Origin: a virus
Length of the DNA: 64,000 nt
Reading direction: 5' to 3' (one strand)
IMG/VR virus record: IMGVR_UViG_3300022932_000002
Span: 1 to 64,000 of that record
Part shown: positions 17,798 to 26,146 of the stretch, piece by piece
How positions within the stretch are numbered: position 1 is the stretch's first letter
Layout of the letters: every line of letters starts with the position of its first letter
Notes under the pieces: model-generated
What the model was told of the DNA's origin: nothing
Seen by the model: only the letters and a program-made list of their open reading frames with translations
The model's database searches: none
Program-made: the position numbers and the translations under genes

Positions 17798-18128
17798 ATT
17801 TATTTAAATAACTTGTTATCCTTTTCCAAAGAGTATTTGACTCTAAGTCAGATATAATTTGTTTTAATATTTCAACTCTAATTGCCCTACCCTCGTTAGT
17901 ATAACCATAAGATGGAAACCAATATGCTGCATAAGTTATTGTTCGGTATTTTTTTATTTCTTCTCTTATTAACCAATTTTCTTCTGCGCTAATAATACCT
18001 CTCTCTACTAACCAAGCTATATAATGACAAAATCCTTGTCCAGTAAAAGTTTTTTTGGCATGCTCCCACGGTTTAGACCAGTCTTCTAACATTAATTTGA
18101 ATATCTGTAGTTTTCTTTTTCTTGTCAT
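17784..18128 (-). CDS. hypothetical protein, paralogue family member
   Basis: See 17504..17797; tandem, overlapping by 14 nt. Confidence 0.6.
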   Translation of the reverse strand: MTRKRKLQIFKLMLEDWSKPWEHAKKTFTGQGFCHYIAWLVERGIISAEENWLIREEIKKYRTITYAAYWFPSYGYTNEGRAIRVEILKQIISDLESNTLWKRITSYLNKFEYD

Positions 18129-18130
18129 AG

Positions 18131-18325
18131 CTAATTTTTATTTCTCGTTTCAGATCTCCAACCCAATATTGCAATAGTAACTAAAAAAGTTATAAATATA
18201 TATATGCCTCTTGTTGGCTGTCCCCAGTGTTTAGCATTCATATATCCAAGTATAAATGAAAAAGCTAGGTAAAATAATATTAGTATTCCAATGGCTATCA
18301 TTATTTCATTTTTATATTTTTTCAT
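18131..18325 (-). CDS. hypothetical small membrane protein
   Basis: Two hydrophobic helices; first gene downstream of island C. Confidence 0.6.
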   Translation of the reverse strand: MKKYKNEIMIAIGILILFYLAFSFILGYMNAKHWGQPTRGIYIFITFLVTIAILGWRSETRNKN

Positions 18326-18672
18326 ATTGTTTGTTTTATTAATCTCAATGGTTTTTACATTGGTAGTTATCGACTTATATTATTAGTACTACTTTATACA
18401 ATAAGTCCCTATAGCCTTGTTCTATTACTTAGTACTCTAATAGAAACCCATTACCTCACTACCAATGCCATCAAATCTATTTATACTAAGTGTTTCTTAT
18501 TACTCACAAAACTACATTTGGATGTAGACTCTTTTCTATGACTATTATAATAAGAACCCCTCCAGGTTGCTACTATTTAATTTCTTCCACGCAGCTTCAA
18601 TGAAAATTTAATGTGGCTTTTGTATTTCTACAGTATAAATTGTCTCTTTGGAAGACTAGAGATTGATTGTTA

Positions 18673-19044
18673 TTAACTACAATATTCATCAATTATTTTT
18701 TTGCAATAATTTGTTCCCATTCTGTTTAAACCTCCCTCCTCCCAAAAGGTTGAATTATCATGTAGATCTTGAACTCTCCCCAGAAACTCTAAACTTAATT
18801 CTTGTATTTCTTTAGACAATGCGGTAGGGTAGTTTTTAATTAAATCATCTACTCCTCCTTCACATTCTACTATTTCTTTATACTGAGGATGGTTTTCATC
18901 TATGTCCAATCCAATAGCGCATTTTCTACCATCTTTTGTCCTATAAACACATAATTCTCCTTGTACAGCTCTTCTTTTTAAATCTTCTGAATAGTAAGCC
19001 ACTTTAGAATCCAAGTATGCTTTTCTTCTCTCTTGTATTGTCAT
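18673..19044 (-). CDS. hypothetical protein (Cys motif GRKCAIG)
   Basis: ORF track. Confidence 0.6.
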   Translation of the reverse strand: MTIQERRKAYLDSKVAYYSEDLKRRAVQGELCVYRTKDGRKCAIGLDIDENHPQYKEIVECEGGVDDLIKNYPTALSKEIQELSLEFLGRVQDLHDNSTFWEEGGLNRMGTNYCKKIIDEYCS

Positions 19045-19048
19045 ATTA

Positions 19049-19912
19049 TTATTTTTGAAATCCTATTTTAGATTTGACAGTTCTTTCACTTCTGCCAACA
19101 TCCATTAGCTTATCTAAGACTATTTCTTTTATTTCATCTATAGTTTTACCAATTGAAGCTTCCACTAAATCCTTTGTTTCTATTTTTAATCCAGCTTTTT
19201 CTACAAGACTTTGTATCAATTCTTCTATTAATTTTGGATCTTCTAAATGGGTTACTTCAAAACAGTATTTTATTCTACTTGGTCTTTCTGTAATAGCTTT
19301 TGGAACCATATTAAAATGATTTGTTGTAGCCATGAATATACAGTTATCAATTGATAAATGTCCATCCATTATTGTTTTAAATAATTCAGTCCAATCATTA
19401 TTTGATTTAAAAAATTCATCAAACTCATCTAGATATATTACTATAGTATTAGATTGTACTTTCCTTATATTTCTTATTATTTCCCATAGTTTTTCTATTA
19501 AAACTTTTCCTGAGAAATAAATAACAATACAATCATTTTCCTCTATTAGTTTCTTTTGGTAGTATTGTAATATTGATGTTTTAGATGTACCTGGTTTACC
19601 ATATAAACAAATACCAACTTTATTTTTAAAGTTCATATCTTTTATTTGCTTTCTAATTTGCTCATCAAAGAATTTCTCTAGAATGTTTTCTATTGCTTCT
19701 ATGAAATAGTATTTTATTAAGTTGTGAGTAGCATCTAATTTTTCTGCTGTTAATACAATATCGGGATTTGGACCATACGGATTATTTACAGTTAATGAAT
19801 ATAATCCAGGATCTAAACTACTATTTGTTTTCACTACTTTCAAAGGAGAGAAATTAATTCTTCCGTTTTCTAGATATGTAAAAGATTTTAAATCAGTTGT
19901 ATTTTGTTCCAT
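19049..19912 (-). CDS. AAA+ ATPase (classical AAA-like)
   Basis: Walker A GKPGTSKTS, Walker B IVIYLDEFDE, sensor-1 region MATTNHF, then ERPSRI resembling the RPGR second region of homology. Confidence 0.8.
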   Translation of the reverse strand: MEQNTTDLKSFTYLENGRINFSPLKVVKTNSSLDPGLYSLTVNNPYGPNPDIVLTAEKLDATHNLIKYYFIEAIENILEKFFDEQIRKQIKDMNFKNKVGICLYGKPGTSKTSILQYYQKKLIEENDCIVIYFSGKVLIEKLWEIIRNIRKVQSNTIVIYLDEFDEFFKSNNDWTELFKTIMDGHLSIDNCIFMATTNHFNMVPKAITERPSRIKYCFEVTHLEDPKLIEELIQSLVEKAGLKIETKDLVEASIGKTIDEIKEIVLDKLMDVGRSERTVKSKIGFQK

Positions 19913-20003
19913 ATTTATTTTTTATCAAATACTCCTAATACATACAGTATTAATAGCATCATTAGTATTGTACTCATATTATTGAATTTAGTAATGTTAT
20001 ATA

Positions 20004-20306
20004 CTAATTATTATTGTTTTCATGTAGTTCAATTAGATAGTCTAGGAATTTGATTCTGCTGGTTTGTTCTTCTCCTTCCCACCATGAATAGCCATCAATA
20101 TAGCCTTGTGGTGCAATATGTCTGGCTTCCTCTTTTCGACGCTGAAAGTCAGAGTCAAGTTTATTGTATTCTGAATCTGTGATTATCTCCCCCCAGTTTA
20201 GAGCGTTGATACAATTGCAGATAAAGCCTTCGTTATCATCCTTAAAGGATTTTTCTAATCTTTCCTTTACTAACTTGTATAGTTCGGATAGTTTTCTTGG
20301 TTTCAT
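20004..20306 (-). CDS. hypothetical protein, probable distant member of the 17504/17784 family
   Basis: MKPRKLSELYKLVKERL...GFICNC...; similar N-terminal pattern and length. Confidence 0.55.
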   Translation of the reverse strand: MKPRKLSELYKLVKERLEKSFKDDNEGFICNCINALNWGEIITDSEYNKLDSDFQRRKEEARHIAPQGYIDGYSWWEGEEQTSRIKFLDYLIELHENNNN

Positions 20307-20420
20307 ACATATTGTTTTAATGTTTTTTACCTATACCTAAAGCCATACCTATATAACAAACAATCATTGCTATTATAAATATGTAACTTACAATTTCTAC
20401 AAAATTCATAATTCTAGTAT

Positions 20421-20657
20421 TTAATAACCTAGTAAATATGCTATTCCATACACTATAATAGCAGCAATTGCAGTACTTATTAATAGGTTATTTGATGATT
20501 CTTTTTCTTCTTTATGAATATATCTTCTAGTTTCTTTCTCAGTTGGTGGTTTATAGTAAGTTCTTAATGGATCTTTTAATACTACACCTTTGCGAGATTC
20601 TATCCAGGTCTTTCTGTATTCATCATTTGCTAGTTGTTTAAGTCTATCTTTATCCAT
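20421..20657 (-). CDS. hypothetical C-terminally anchored membrane protein
   Basis: Trimmed to MDKDRLKQ at 20657 (ATGGATAA overlap with the upstream stop); C-terminal LLISTAIAAIIVYGIAYLLGY. Confidence 0.55.
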   Translation of the reverse strand: MDKDRLKQLANDEYRKTWIESRKGVVLKDPLRTYYKPPTEKETRRYIHKEEKESSNNLLISTAIAAIIVYGIAYLLGY

Positions 20658-21147
20658 TTTTATGTGTATTATACCATTCAAGGAATTCTACTAGAGCTTC
20701 GTAAACAGCTTGAATTTTACTTTCATTTCTAATAAAAATTGTTTTGTTTAGTTCTTTTTTATAAAGAGGATACTTTTCATAAGTTATTTCAACTGAATGT
20801 TCTTTTGATAACATAGACTTACTTATGTATACATTTATACAGGGTAAGCTTTCAATCTTTTCTAGTACAGGCATAAGCCAGTCCCATGAAGTATCAAACT
20901 GCAAATTATAAGCATAATCTGTAAATAGGTCTTCTTTGCTTATAGAACTATTGTACTCTCCATCCAAATAACTATATCCATAATGGCATGGATTTTCTCT
21001 ATACAGCTTGGTTGGATTTAGTATCCATACACTACAACTTTCAAAGTGAGAATGCGAACCCCATTGTTCTTCACTGTACTTACTACTTTTGAAGTATTCC
21101 CAACCTATGAATTTACTGATAAGAGTGTCATTTTTTTCTGTATTCAT
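20650..21147 (-). CDS. hypothetical protein
   Basis: ORF track; 4-nt overlap upstream. Confidence 0.65.
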   Translation of the reverse strand: MNTEKNDTLISKFIGWEYFKSSKYSEEQWGSHSHFESCSVWILNPTKLYRENPCHYGYSYLDGEYNSSISKEDLFTDYAYNLQFDTSWDWLMPVLEKIESLPCINVYISKSMLSKEHSVEITYEKYPLYKKELNKTIFIRNESKIQAVYEALVEFLEWYNTHKNG

Positions 21148-21446
21148 ATGTAACGTCTATTTTTCTTGAAGAATATTTCCCATATATCTTTACGAATAAA
21201 TTTAATCTTAATTTTACGGATTGCTTTTTTAGTAGCTAATTTACTTGCCAATATTGAGTTTTCTTCATCTGAGTCATGTTTAACAACAGTTCCTATTGAG
21301 ATAAGACATCCATTTTCATATATAATACATTGAGTAGTTGTAGGCCATGATTTACCAAAACCTTTGTATTTCCTCATTGGTCTAGATGTAATGTATTCTA
21401 ACCTATAGTTTAAACTGTTATCTTTAGTGCTATATAGTATTTGCAT
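21144..21446 (-). CDS. hypothetical protein
   Basis: ORF track. Confidence 0.6.
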   Translation of the reverse strand: MQILYSTKDNSLNYRLEYITSRPMRKYKGFGKSWPTTTQCIIYENGCLISIGTVVKHDSDEENSILASKLATKKAIRKIKIKFIRKDIWEIFFKKNRRYI

Positions 21447-21465
21447 AATTTCTTATTTTAAATAT

Positions 21466-21714
21466 TTACCAGCTTATAGTTATGAACATATTACCTACTG
21501 TTCCAAAGCAATTAAATGCGTCGCATTCAACTTTATAACCTTTGTCTTTGTAGTATATTTGTGATACTTGTTTACAATGTTTCCAGTTTAATGTTACTGA
21601 ATTTAATTTCTTATCTTTTGCGGATTGAATTAATATGTCAATTCCTTTTATTTGTTCTTGATCTAACTCATGTTTAAAATCAAGTACTTTGTGAGATGGT
21701 ATTGATATTCTCAT
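21466..21714 (-). CDS. hypothetical protein
   Basis: ORF track. Confidence 0.6.
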   Translation of the reverse strand: MRISIPSHKVLDFKHELDQEQIKGIDILIQSAKDKKLNSVTLNWKHCKQVSQIYYKDKGYKVECDAFNCFGTVGNMFITISW

Positions 21715-21718
21715 AATA

Positions 21719-22066
21719 TTATTTATTTAGTGTTTTTAGTTGGTATCTCATTACTTTAAATTCTCTGTACCTAATAGATTTTAGACTATCTATATATCTA
21801 AAGTTTCCAGTATCGTATTTATTGATGTTTCTGTATCTTGATTTTAATACATAAACAGAGTCTTGATAGAATACTTTTTGATATATTTTTTCTCTGTCTT
21901 TATCACTATCAGTTTTTAAATTAGTAAAGAAACATGTGACTATTAAACCTATTACAATCATGGCTATTAGACATCCTGACTCACTTCTAAATTCTTGTTT
22001 TGGTTTGTCCATAATATATAATATTGTTATTAGTATTATTATTGTTATGTATTTATAGCTTTCCAT
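21719..22066 (-). CDS. hypothetical membrane protein
   Basis: Hydrophobic segments YITIIILITILYI and CLIAMIVIGLIVTCFF. Confidence 0.6.
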   Translation of the reverse strand: MESYKYITIIILITILYIMDKPKQEFRSESGCLIAMIVIGLIVTCFFTNLKTDSDKDREKIYQKVFYQDSVYVLKSRYRNINKYDTGNFRYIDSLKSIRYREFKVMRYQLKTLNK

Positions 22067-22487
22067 TATTATTTGGATTGATTAAATTGTTTATATCATC
22101 ATCCATATATATTTTAGATGCTGTTTCATTAATATAATCAACTGAACCAATTATAATACCTTCTACTTCTTCTCCTGGTTCTTGTTTTTTTAATATTAGA
22201 TTCCATCCTAAATCTTGAGTAGCTAATATAATTAGAATTAAAGGATGAACTTTTTCTTCATCCGAATTGAATTTAAGTGCTTCATAATTTATTAAAGTAC
22301 TAGTAAGTAGTTTCTTTAATGCTTGTTCAGGAGTGATTTTACTTGTTATGTAATTGTATAATTCTTCTGCATTCATAATCTTTAATTTAGTGATAATATT
22401 AATATCAATTTTGATGTGTGGAAAGTCAAAAAAGGGTTGAAAGTAGGGGTTTGAGATGGTGTTGGGTAGTAACTCTCTTACAATCAT
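22053..22487 (-). CDS. hypothetical protein (start uncertain; alternative ATG at 22376)
   Basis: ORF track. The first 37 codons have odd composition, and MNAEELYNYI at 22376 looks like a more natural start. Confidence 0.55.
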   Translation of the reverse strand: MIVRELLPNTISNPYFQPFFDFPHIKIDINIITKLKIMNAEELYNYITSKITPEQALKKLLTSTLINYEALKFNSDEEKVHPLILIILATQDLGWNLILKKQEPGEEVEGIIIGSVDYINETASKIYMDDDINNLINPNNNGKL

Positions 22488-24159
22488 CTACTTAACTCTC
22501 ACATTTACTATGCAAAGCATAACAATTTTACTAATCTTTTAAAATAATAGAGTGTGCTTAGCTTCTGACGCTGTTATACACCACATTTTCCTCTCTATTA
22601 CCACCTGTACTTGCGTCAAGACACTTCTGTCTGTTTGACTCCAACTATAACTCAGGGTTAGTATTATAAATTAAACTAGGACTACTCCTAAACACTAATC
22701 GTAGGCTACCTCTAAGAGGGAACTAGTTTAATTTAATATTTTAAAAACAACTACAATTATTTAATAATATATAGGTTTTCACCATTATTAAAATAATCGT
22801 AGTTATTTAAGTGTCTACAATTACTGGTACGCATAGGACCGCCAGATTTACATTATAGATAAATATTTTAAAAACAACTATCTGTCACATTTCCAGTGTG
22901 AATATATAATAATATGCAACTTTATACGACTCACGTAGTGTCCACATAAAATATACATCTCTACAATAAACAAACAGCTAACTGGATTAGCTTATAATAA
23001 ACACGATATTATCCTCGTTAGTTTCACACCATTTATTACTGTTTATCTTCAAGCAGATAGTTGTCAATTCTTTTAATAATAACAGACTTTAACTGTTTGT
23101 AATATCTCTTCTGGAAATTCTATTAGAATTAAGTACAGTTCAATTTTTATACAAGCTATGAATTTCACATATATTTTTATTAGATATTTAGGCTCACTAT
23201 TCAAACTTCAACATTACTAATGCTACCTGCTATTAATAACTCAATTCTTTCGTGGCTAATATTATCATCGATATGATAATACTTACTCGTTTATATCTAA
23301 TATTTCCCCTCCATACTCAATTATAATGAGTGTTTCCATCACTCTAGGTTTCACCTCAACAGAATCTCTTCTTATCTCAGCTATTACAACTGCTATCCCT
23401 TGGGAGTTGATTACTATCACATTCAACTAGTAGCCTCTCATATTTATATAACATGGTTATGCTTTCATCGGTGGTTTTTAGTAGTCAAGTGGTTTTACAT
23501 CTTATAGGTTAGCCAAGCTTTTGTCAAGCTGATAAACACAGTGCAGAAGTCTCTATATCCACGATAGAATGGTATGTTAAAGAGAAGGCTTTGAACCACT
23601 AGAGACTTATAACAACTATAATTTTCAAATTGCTGTCTTAATCTAGTATCCTTCCATAGGTGCATTATAATACAAAGGCATCTCACCTCTTTCACTTTGT
23701 AACTAGTGTTACATCAGAGGTATGTATTACTCTGTACCAGACTTTTAACCGAATGTAGTGTGGCTGTTTTCTAACTAGCTTAAACATTGCTATCAGCGGC
23801 AATTATCTTAAAAATACTATTGTGGCCTCGTTACAAATCAACTTAGCATACAATGTAGGTGTACCCTCAATAGTATTAATATAAAAGGAATAGTAGATAA
23901 TAAATGATAAGTTAGCTTTACTTATCCTATAGACTGCTGCCATAGTTTACTTCTACTATTCCAATTCATGAGTAAGTCTCCGCGAGTCTAAGTGGTAGTG
24001 ACACAAAGACATCTAATACAGTATTAATATAGTTCCGGGAGAAACTACATCACTATATTACCTCAATAAAGCTTCATCCCAGTCTTATGTGGTCAGTTTT
24101 ATTTAAAAGGAGCAGAGACTTACTTAATAGTTTTGGTATGAAACACACTTTCTATACCT

Positions 24160-24196
24160 AATATTTTAGAAAGAGAATCACCCTTCCTCAGGGTGA
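24160..24196 (-). terminator. terminator-like hairpin
   Basis: CACCCT-tcctc-AGGGTG at 24179-24195, followed on the minus strand by ATTCTCTTTCTAAAATATT. Confidence 0.4.
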
Positions 24197-24277
24197 AACT
24201 CTAATGTTATTTACATGTTTTCATTGAATACAAACTCCCTTGTAGTCAATACTCCATCAGCTAACACCAACATGGTA

Positions 24278-24382
24278 TTAACGTTTAGATGTAGATTTAA
24301 TTACTCTGTTAGCAAAGATTGCAGACTTCTTAAGTCTTTTCAACAATGCTTTCTCTTCTGATGTTTTGGTAAATGCTGACAT
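24278..24382 (-). CDS. possible small basic protein (34 aa)
   Basis: Hand-found ORF MSAFTKTSEEKALLKRLKKSAIFANRVIKSTSKR. Speculative. Confidence 0.3.
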   Translation of the reverse strand: MSAFTKTSEEKALLKRLKKSAIFANRVIKSTSKR

Positions 24383-24407
24383 AATGATTGGATTTAAAGG
24401 GTTTAAA

Positions 24408-24503
24408 TTATCTTACTAAGCCAAGTACATTGAGTACAATAGCAATAATAACTGGAACAGCTAATACAGCTCCTACAGTGAGATTAATAACACTAGGTTT
24501 CAT
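24408..24503 (-). CDS. possible small membrane peptide (31 aa)
   Basis: Hand-found ORF MKPSVINLTVGAVLAVPVIIAIVLNVLGLVR. Speculative. Confidence 0.35.
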   Translation of the reverse strand: MKPSVINLTVGAVLAVPVIIAIVLNVLGLVR

Positions 24504-24517
24504 ATATGGATTGATTG

Positions 24518-24555
24518 ATTACAAAGAATAAGAGAGAGCCATTACAGCCCTCTCT
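24518..24555 (-). terminator. intrinsic terminator after ORF 24564..24896
   Basis: On the minus-strand RNA: AGAGAGGGC-UGUAAUG-GCUCUCUCU, a 9-bp stem whose one non-Watson-Crick pair is G-U only on this strand, then UAUUCUUUG. Confidence 0.6.
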
Positions 24556-24563
24556 AAATGATA

Positions 24564-24896
24564 TTATGCAGCGTCAGTACCGTCTTCAACAGTAACAACA
24601 GCAGGTGTACCCAGTACAACCTTACCTTCACCAAGTGCAGTACGCAGCTCCAAATACTCTCGGATGCCTACCTCACTGATAATCTTTACTTGTACATTGT
24701 CAGGATACTCAGGATTCACATGATTCTCACAAGCATAGAGCTTGTTAGGCTGTAACCCTTCACGTTGGAACATAGTTCCATTCATGATAGTACCTGAGGC
24801 TCTTCCAGCCAATACCTCACCAATCATTGGGAAGTTGCCATTTTTGTCTGCGGTGAATGGTGCACCAGTTGTGGATTGAAATTTAGCTACGAACAT
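24564..24896 (-). CDS. hypothetical protein, GC-richer, apparently monocistronic first gene of the minus-strand block
   Basis: ORF track; distinct composition (spawns antisense ORF 24558..24755); own terminator; adjacent to the divergent promoter region. Confidence 0.7.
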   Translation of the reverse strand: MFVAKFQSTTGAPFTADKNGNFPMIGEVLAGRASGTIMNGTMFQREGLQPNKLYACENHVNPEYPDNVQVKIISEVGIREYLELRTALGEGKVVLGTPAVVTVEDGTDAA

Positions 24897-25092
24897 AACT
24901 TTGGGATTTTAAATGATTACTTTGTTTATATATTTGCTAGGGGGACATTTCCCCGCCAAATTCGAGTAGGGGTGAAGTTTGGAGTTACTCATCACACACA
25001 GTTATAAAAATCCAAAAATAAAATGCCAGAAAATAATATTAAAACATAATCAATTCTAAATTAATTGTTTACCTTTGAATAAAATACAAAAG
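24897..25092. promoter_or_regulatory. divergent intergenic switch region with Bacteroidota-type -7 boxes
   Basis: TAnnTTTG on plus at 24929-24936 (TATATTTG) and 25070-25077 (TACCTTTG), and on minus at 25013-25020 (plus CAAAAATA). GGGG-acattt-CCCC hairpin at 24941-24954. Clean -33 TTG spacing not found. Confidence 0.45.
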
Positions 25093-25299
25093 ATGAAGAT
25101 AACAAGAGAAGGAATTAAGTTTGAGAACACATTCATTATCAATTTTGATAATAAACCTACAGGAATTGAAATCATGAAAGATTCTTTACCTATGACAATT
25201 GAGGGTGGAGTATTTCTAGGAATGCCTATGAGAAAAGGATTTTTTGGTAAAATAAAAATGTGTTATAAGTTTTATACATATATTAAATATTTTGAATAA
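25093..25299 (+). CDS. hypothetical protein
   Basis: ORF 25075..25299 trimmed to the first ATG (MKITREG). Confidence 0.55.
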   Translation: MKITREGIKFENTFIINFDNKPTGIEIMKDSLPMTIEGGVFLGMPMRKGFFGKIKMCYKFYTYIKYFE

Positions 25300-25679
25300 T
25301 GAATGAAGAAGTAACAGACGAACCATTAGATTATGTAGCTAATCTAGAAGTTCCTAAGAAAGAAGAAGAAACCAAAGTGAGAAATGTATATTCTAGGAAA
25401 GACTTTTTGAATTTACCTTTCCATGACTCAGACGCATCTATTTTTACATGTATTAAAGAGAACTCAGACAATTCTGAAACACCTATTTGGTATGGTATAG
25501 ACTGTAAGATTAAAGATTGTACTCACTTAATAACATTATCCTTTGGAATTAGAGATGACGAGATGTATAAAAATTCTCTTTATAAGTTAGATACAATGAT
25601 TCAACACTTAATAGAATTTAAAGATGCTTTAATAAAAGAAAAAGCACATTATGAGACAAATCTTAAATTAAAGAAATAA
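25299..25679 (+). CDS. hypothetical protein
   Basis: ORF track; TAATG overlap with the upstream gene. Confidence 0.65.
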   Translation: MNEEVTDEPLDYVANLEVPKKEEETKVRNVYSRKDFLNLPFHDSDASIFTCIKENSDNSETPIWYGIDCKIKDCTHLITLSFGIRDDEMYKNSLYKLDTMIQHLIEFKDALIKEKAHYETNLKLKK

Positions 25680-26125
25680 TGGAAAAAAGATATTACACAC
25701 CAACTGTAGAAGAAATTTATAGCGATATAGAATTACATTATTATGATGGTAAAACTAGGGATGGTTTTTTTATAAATCCTTATGTTTATAGAGATAATCT
25801 GCAAATAATAGATATCTGTAAAGAGTTTAAATCAGAAAAATTTAGAGTCAAATACTTAGATAAAGATGATATTGAAGAAGTATTAGATGTTAAACAATTA
25901 AAGGGAGATTCAATAGAATTAAACTTTCAACTACCAATAAATGATTATTTATTTTATGAATTTGATTATGATATGGAAACTATGCAACTTAGTGTAGAAA
26001 GATTCTATCAAACTAAATTAGTAGCAAAAGATACAGGAGAATATGTTTCACATACTATATTTCAAGGAGTAATTAAAAATAAATCTGAATTAAAAAAACT
26101 AATGAAACAGTTGCAGATTAATTAA
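25679..26125 (+). CDS. hypothetical protein
   Basis: ORF track; TAATG overlap with the upstream gene. Confidence 0.65.
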   Translation: MEKRYYTPTVEEIYSDIELHYYDGKTRDGFFINPYVYRDNLQIIDICKEFKSEKFRVKYLDKDDIEEVLDVKQLKGDSIELNFQLPINDYLFYEFDYDMETMQLSVERFYQTKLVAKDTGEYVSHTIFQGVIKNKSELKKLMKQLQIN

Positions 26126-26140
26126 TTTTAGTTATATTTG
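26111..26140 (+). promoter_or_regulatory. Bacteroidota-type promoter (TTG-N19-TATATTTG)
   Basis: TTG 26111-26113, 19-nt spacer, TAnnTTTG 26133-26140. Same TATATTTGCTA core as at 24929. Confidence 0.5.
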
Positions 26141-26146
26141 CTACAA

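Noticed and set aside
13390-18570. Apparent shared motifs between islands: TATTATAATAA(A)GAAC in B (about 13425) and C (about 18546), ATACTAAGT in B and C, and CTACTATT in A, C and D.
   Set aside because: The motifs are short and AT-rich, so chance matches are expected at this base composition. I could not establish a repeat family by eye, and it needs a statistical motif search.
706-19520. Plus-strand ORFs inside the minus-strand block (706..972, 1742..1975, 3241..3468, 6770..6961, 9770..10012, 15761..16024, 16183..16386, 19074..19319, 19332..19520, 24558..24755) and minus-strand ORF 5500..5688.
   Set aside because: They are shadow frames of better-supported genes, or in the case of 9770..10012 largely non-coding island sequence, with Phe/Leu/Ser/Cys-rich compositions. 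ORF 5500..5688 is an alternate frame within 5258..6007.
22924-22934. 11-nt exact match to the T7 class III promoter core (ATACGACTCAC) on the plus strand inside the large ORF-free island.
   Set aside because: It occurs only once. The initiation region (TATA G) is replaced by GTAG T. No single-subunit RNA polymerase gene is visible in the window, and the orientation opposes the local transcription direction. A chance match is possible, roughly 0.03 expected under uniform base composition. Re-check only if a T7-like RNAP exists elsewhere in the genome.
23495-23695. Track ORF (66 aa, minus strand) inside the large island.
   Set aside because: Its Cys/Trp/Tyr/Arg-rich composition is unlike any neighbouring protein. 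It is isolated, with no coupling to other genes, and is most likely a chance open frame.
22488-24277. Possibility that the ORF-free islands are protein-coding under an alternative genetic code (TAG or TGA reassignment, as in some Bacteroidota-infecting phages).
   Set aside because: Hand inspection of 22501-22680 shows TAA, TAG and TGA equivalents recurring on the minus strand, so no single reassignment opens a long frame. The rest of the genome reads cleanly in the standard code.
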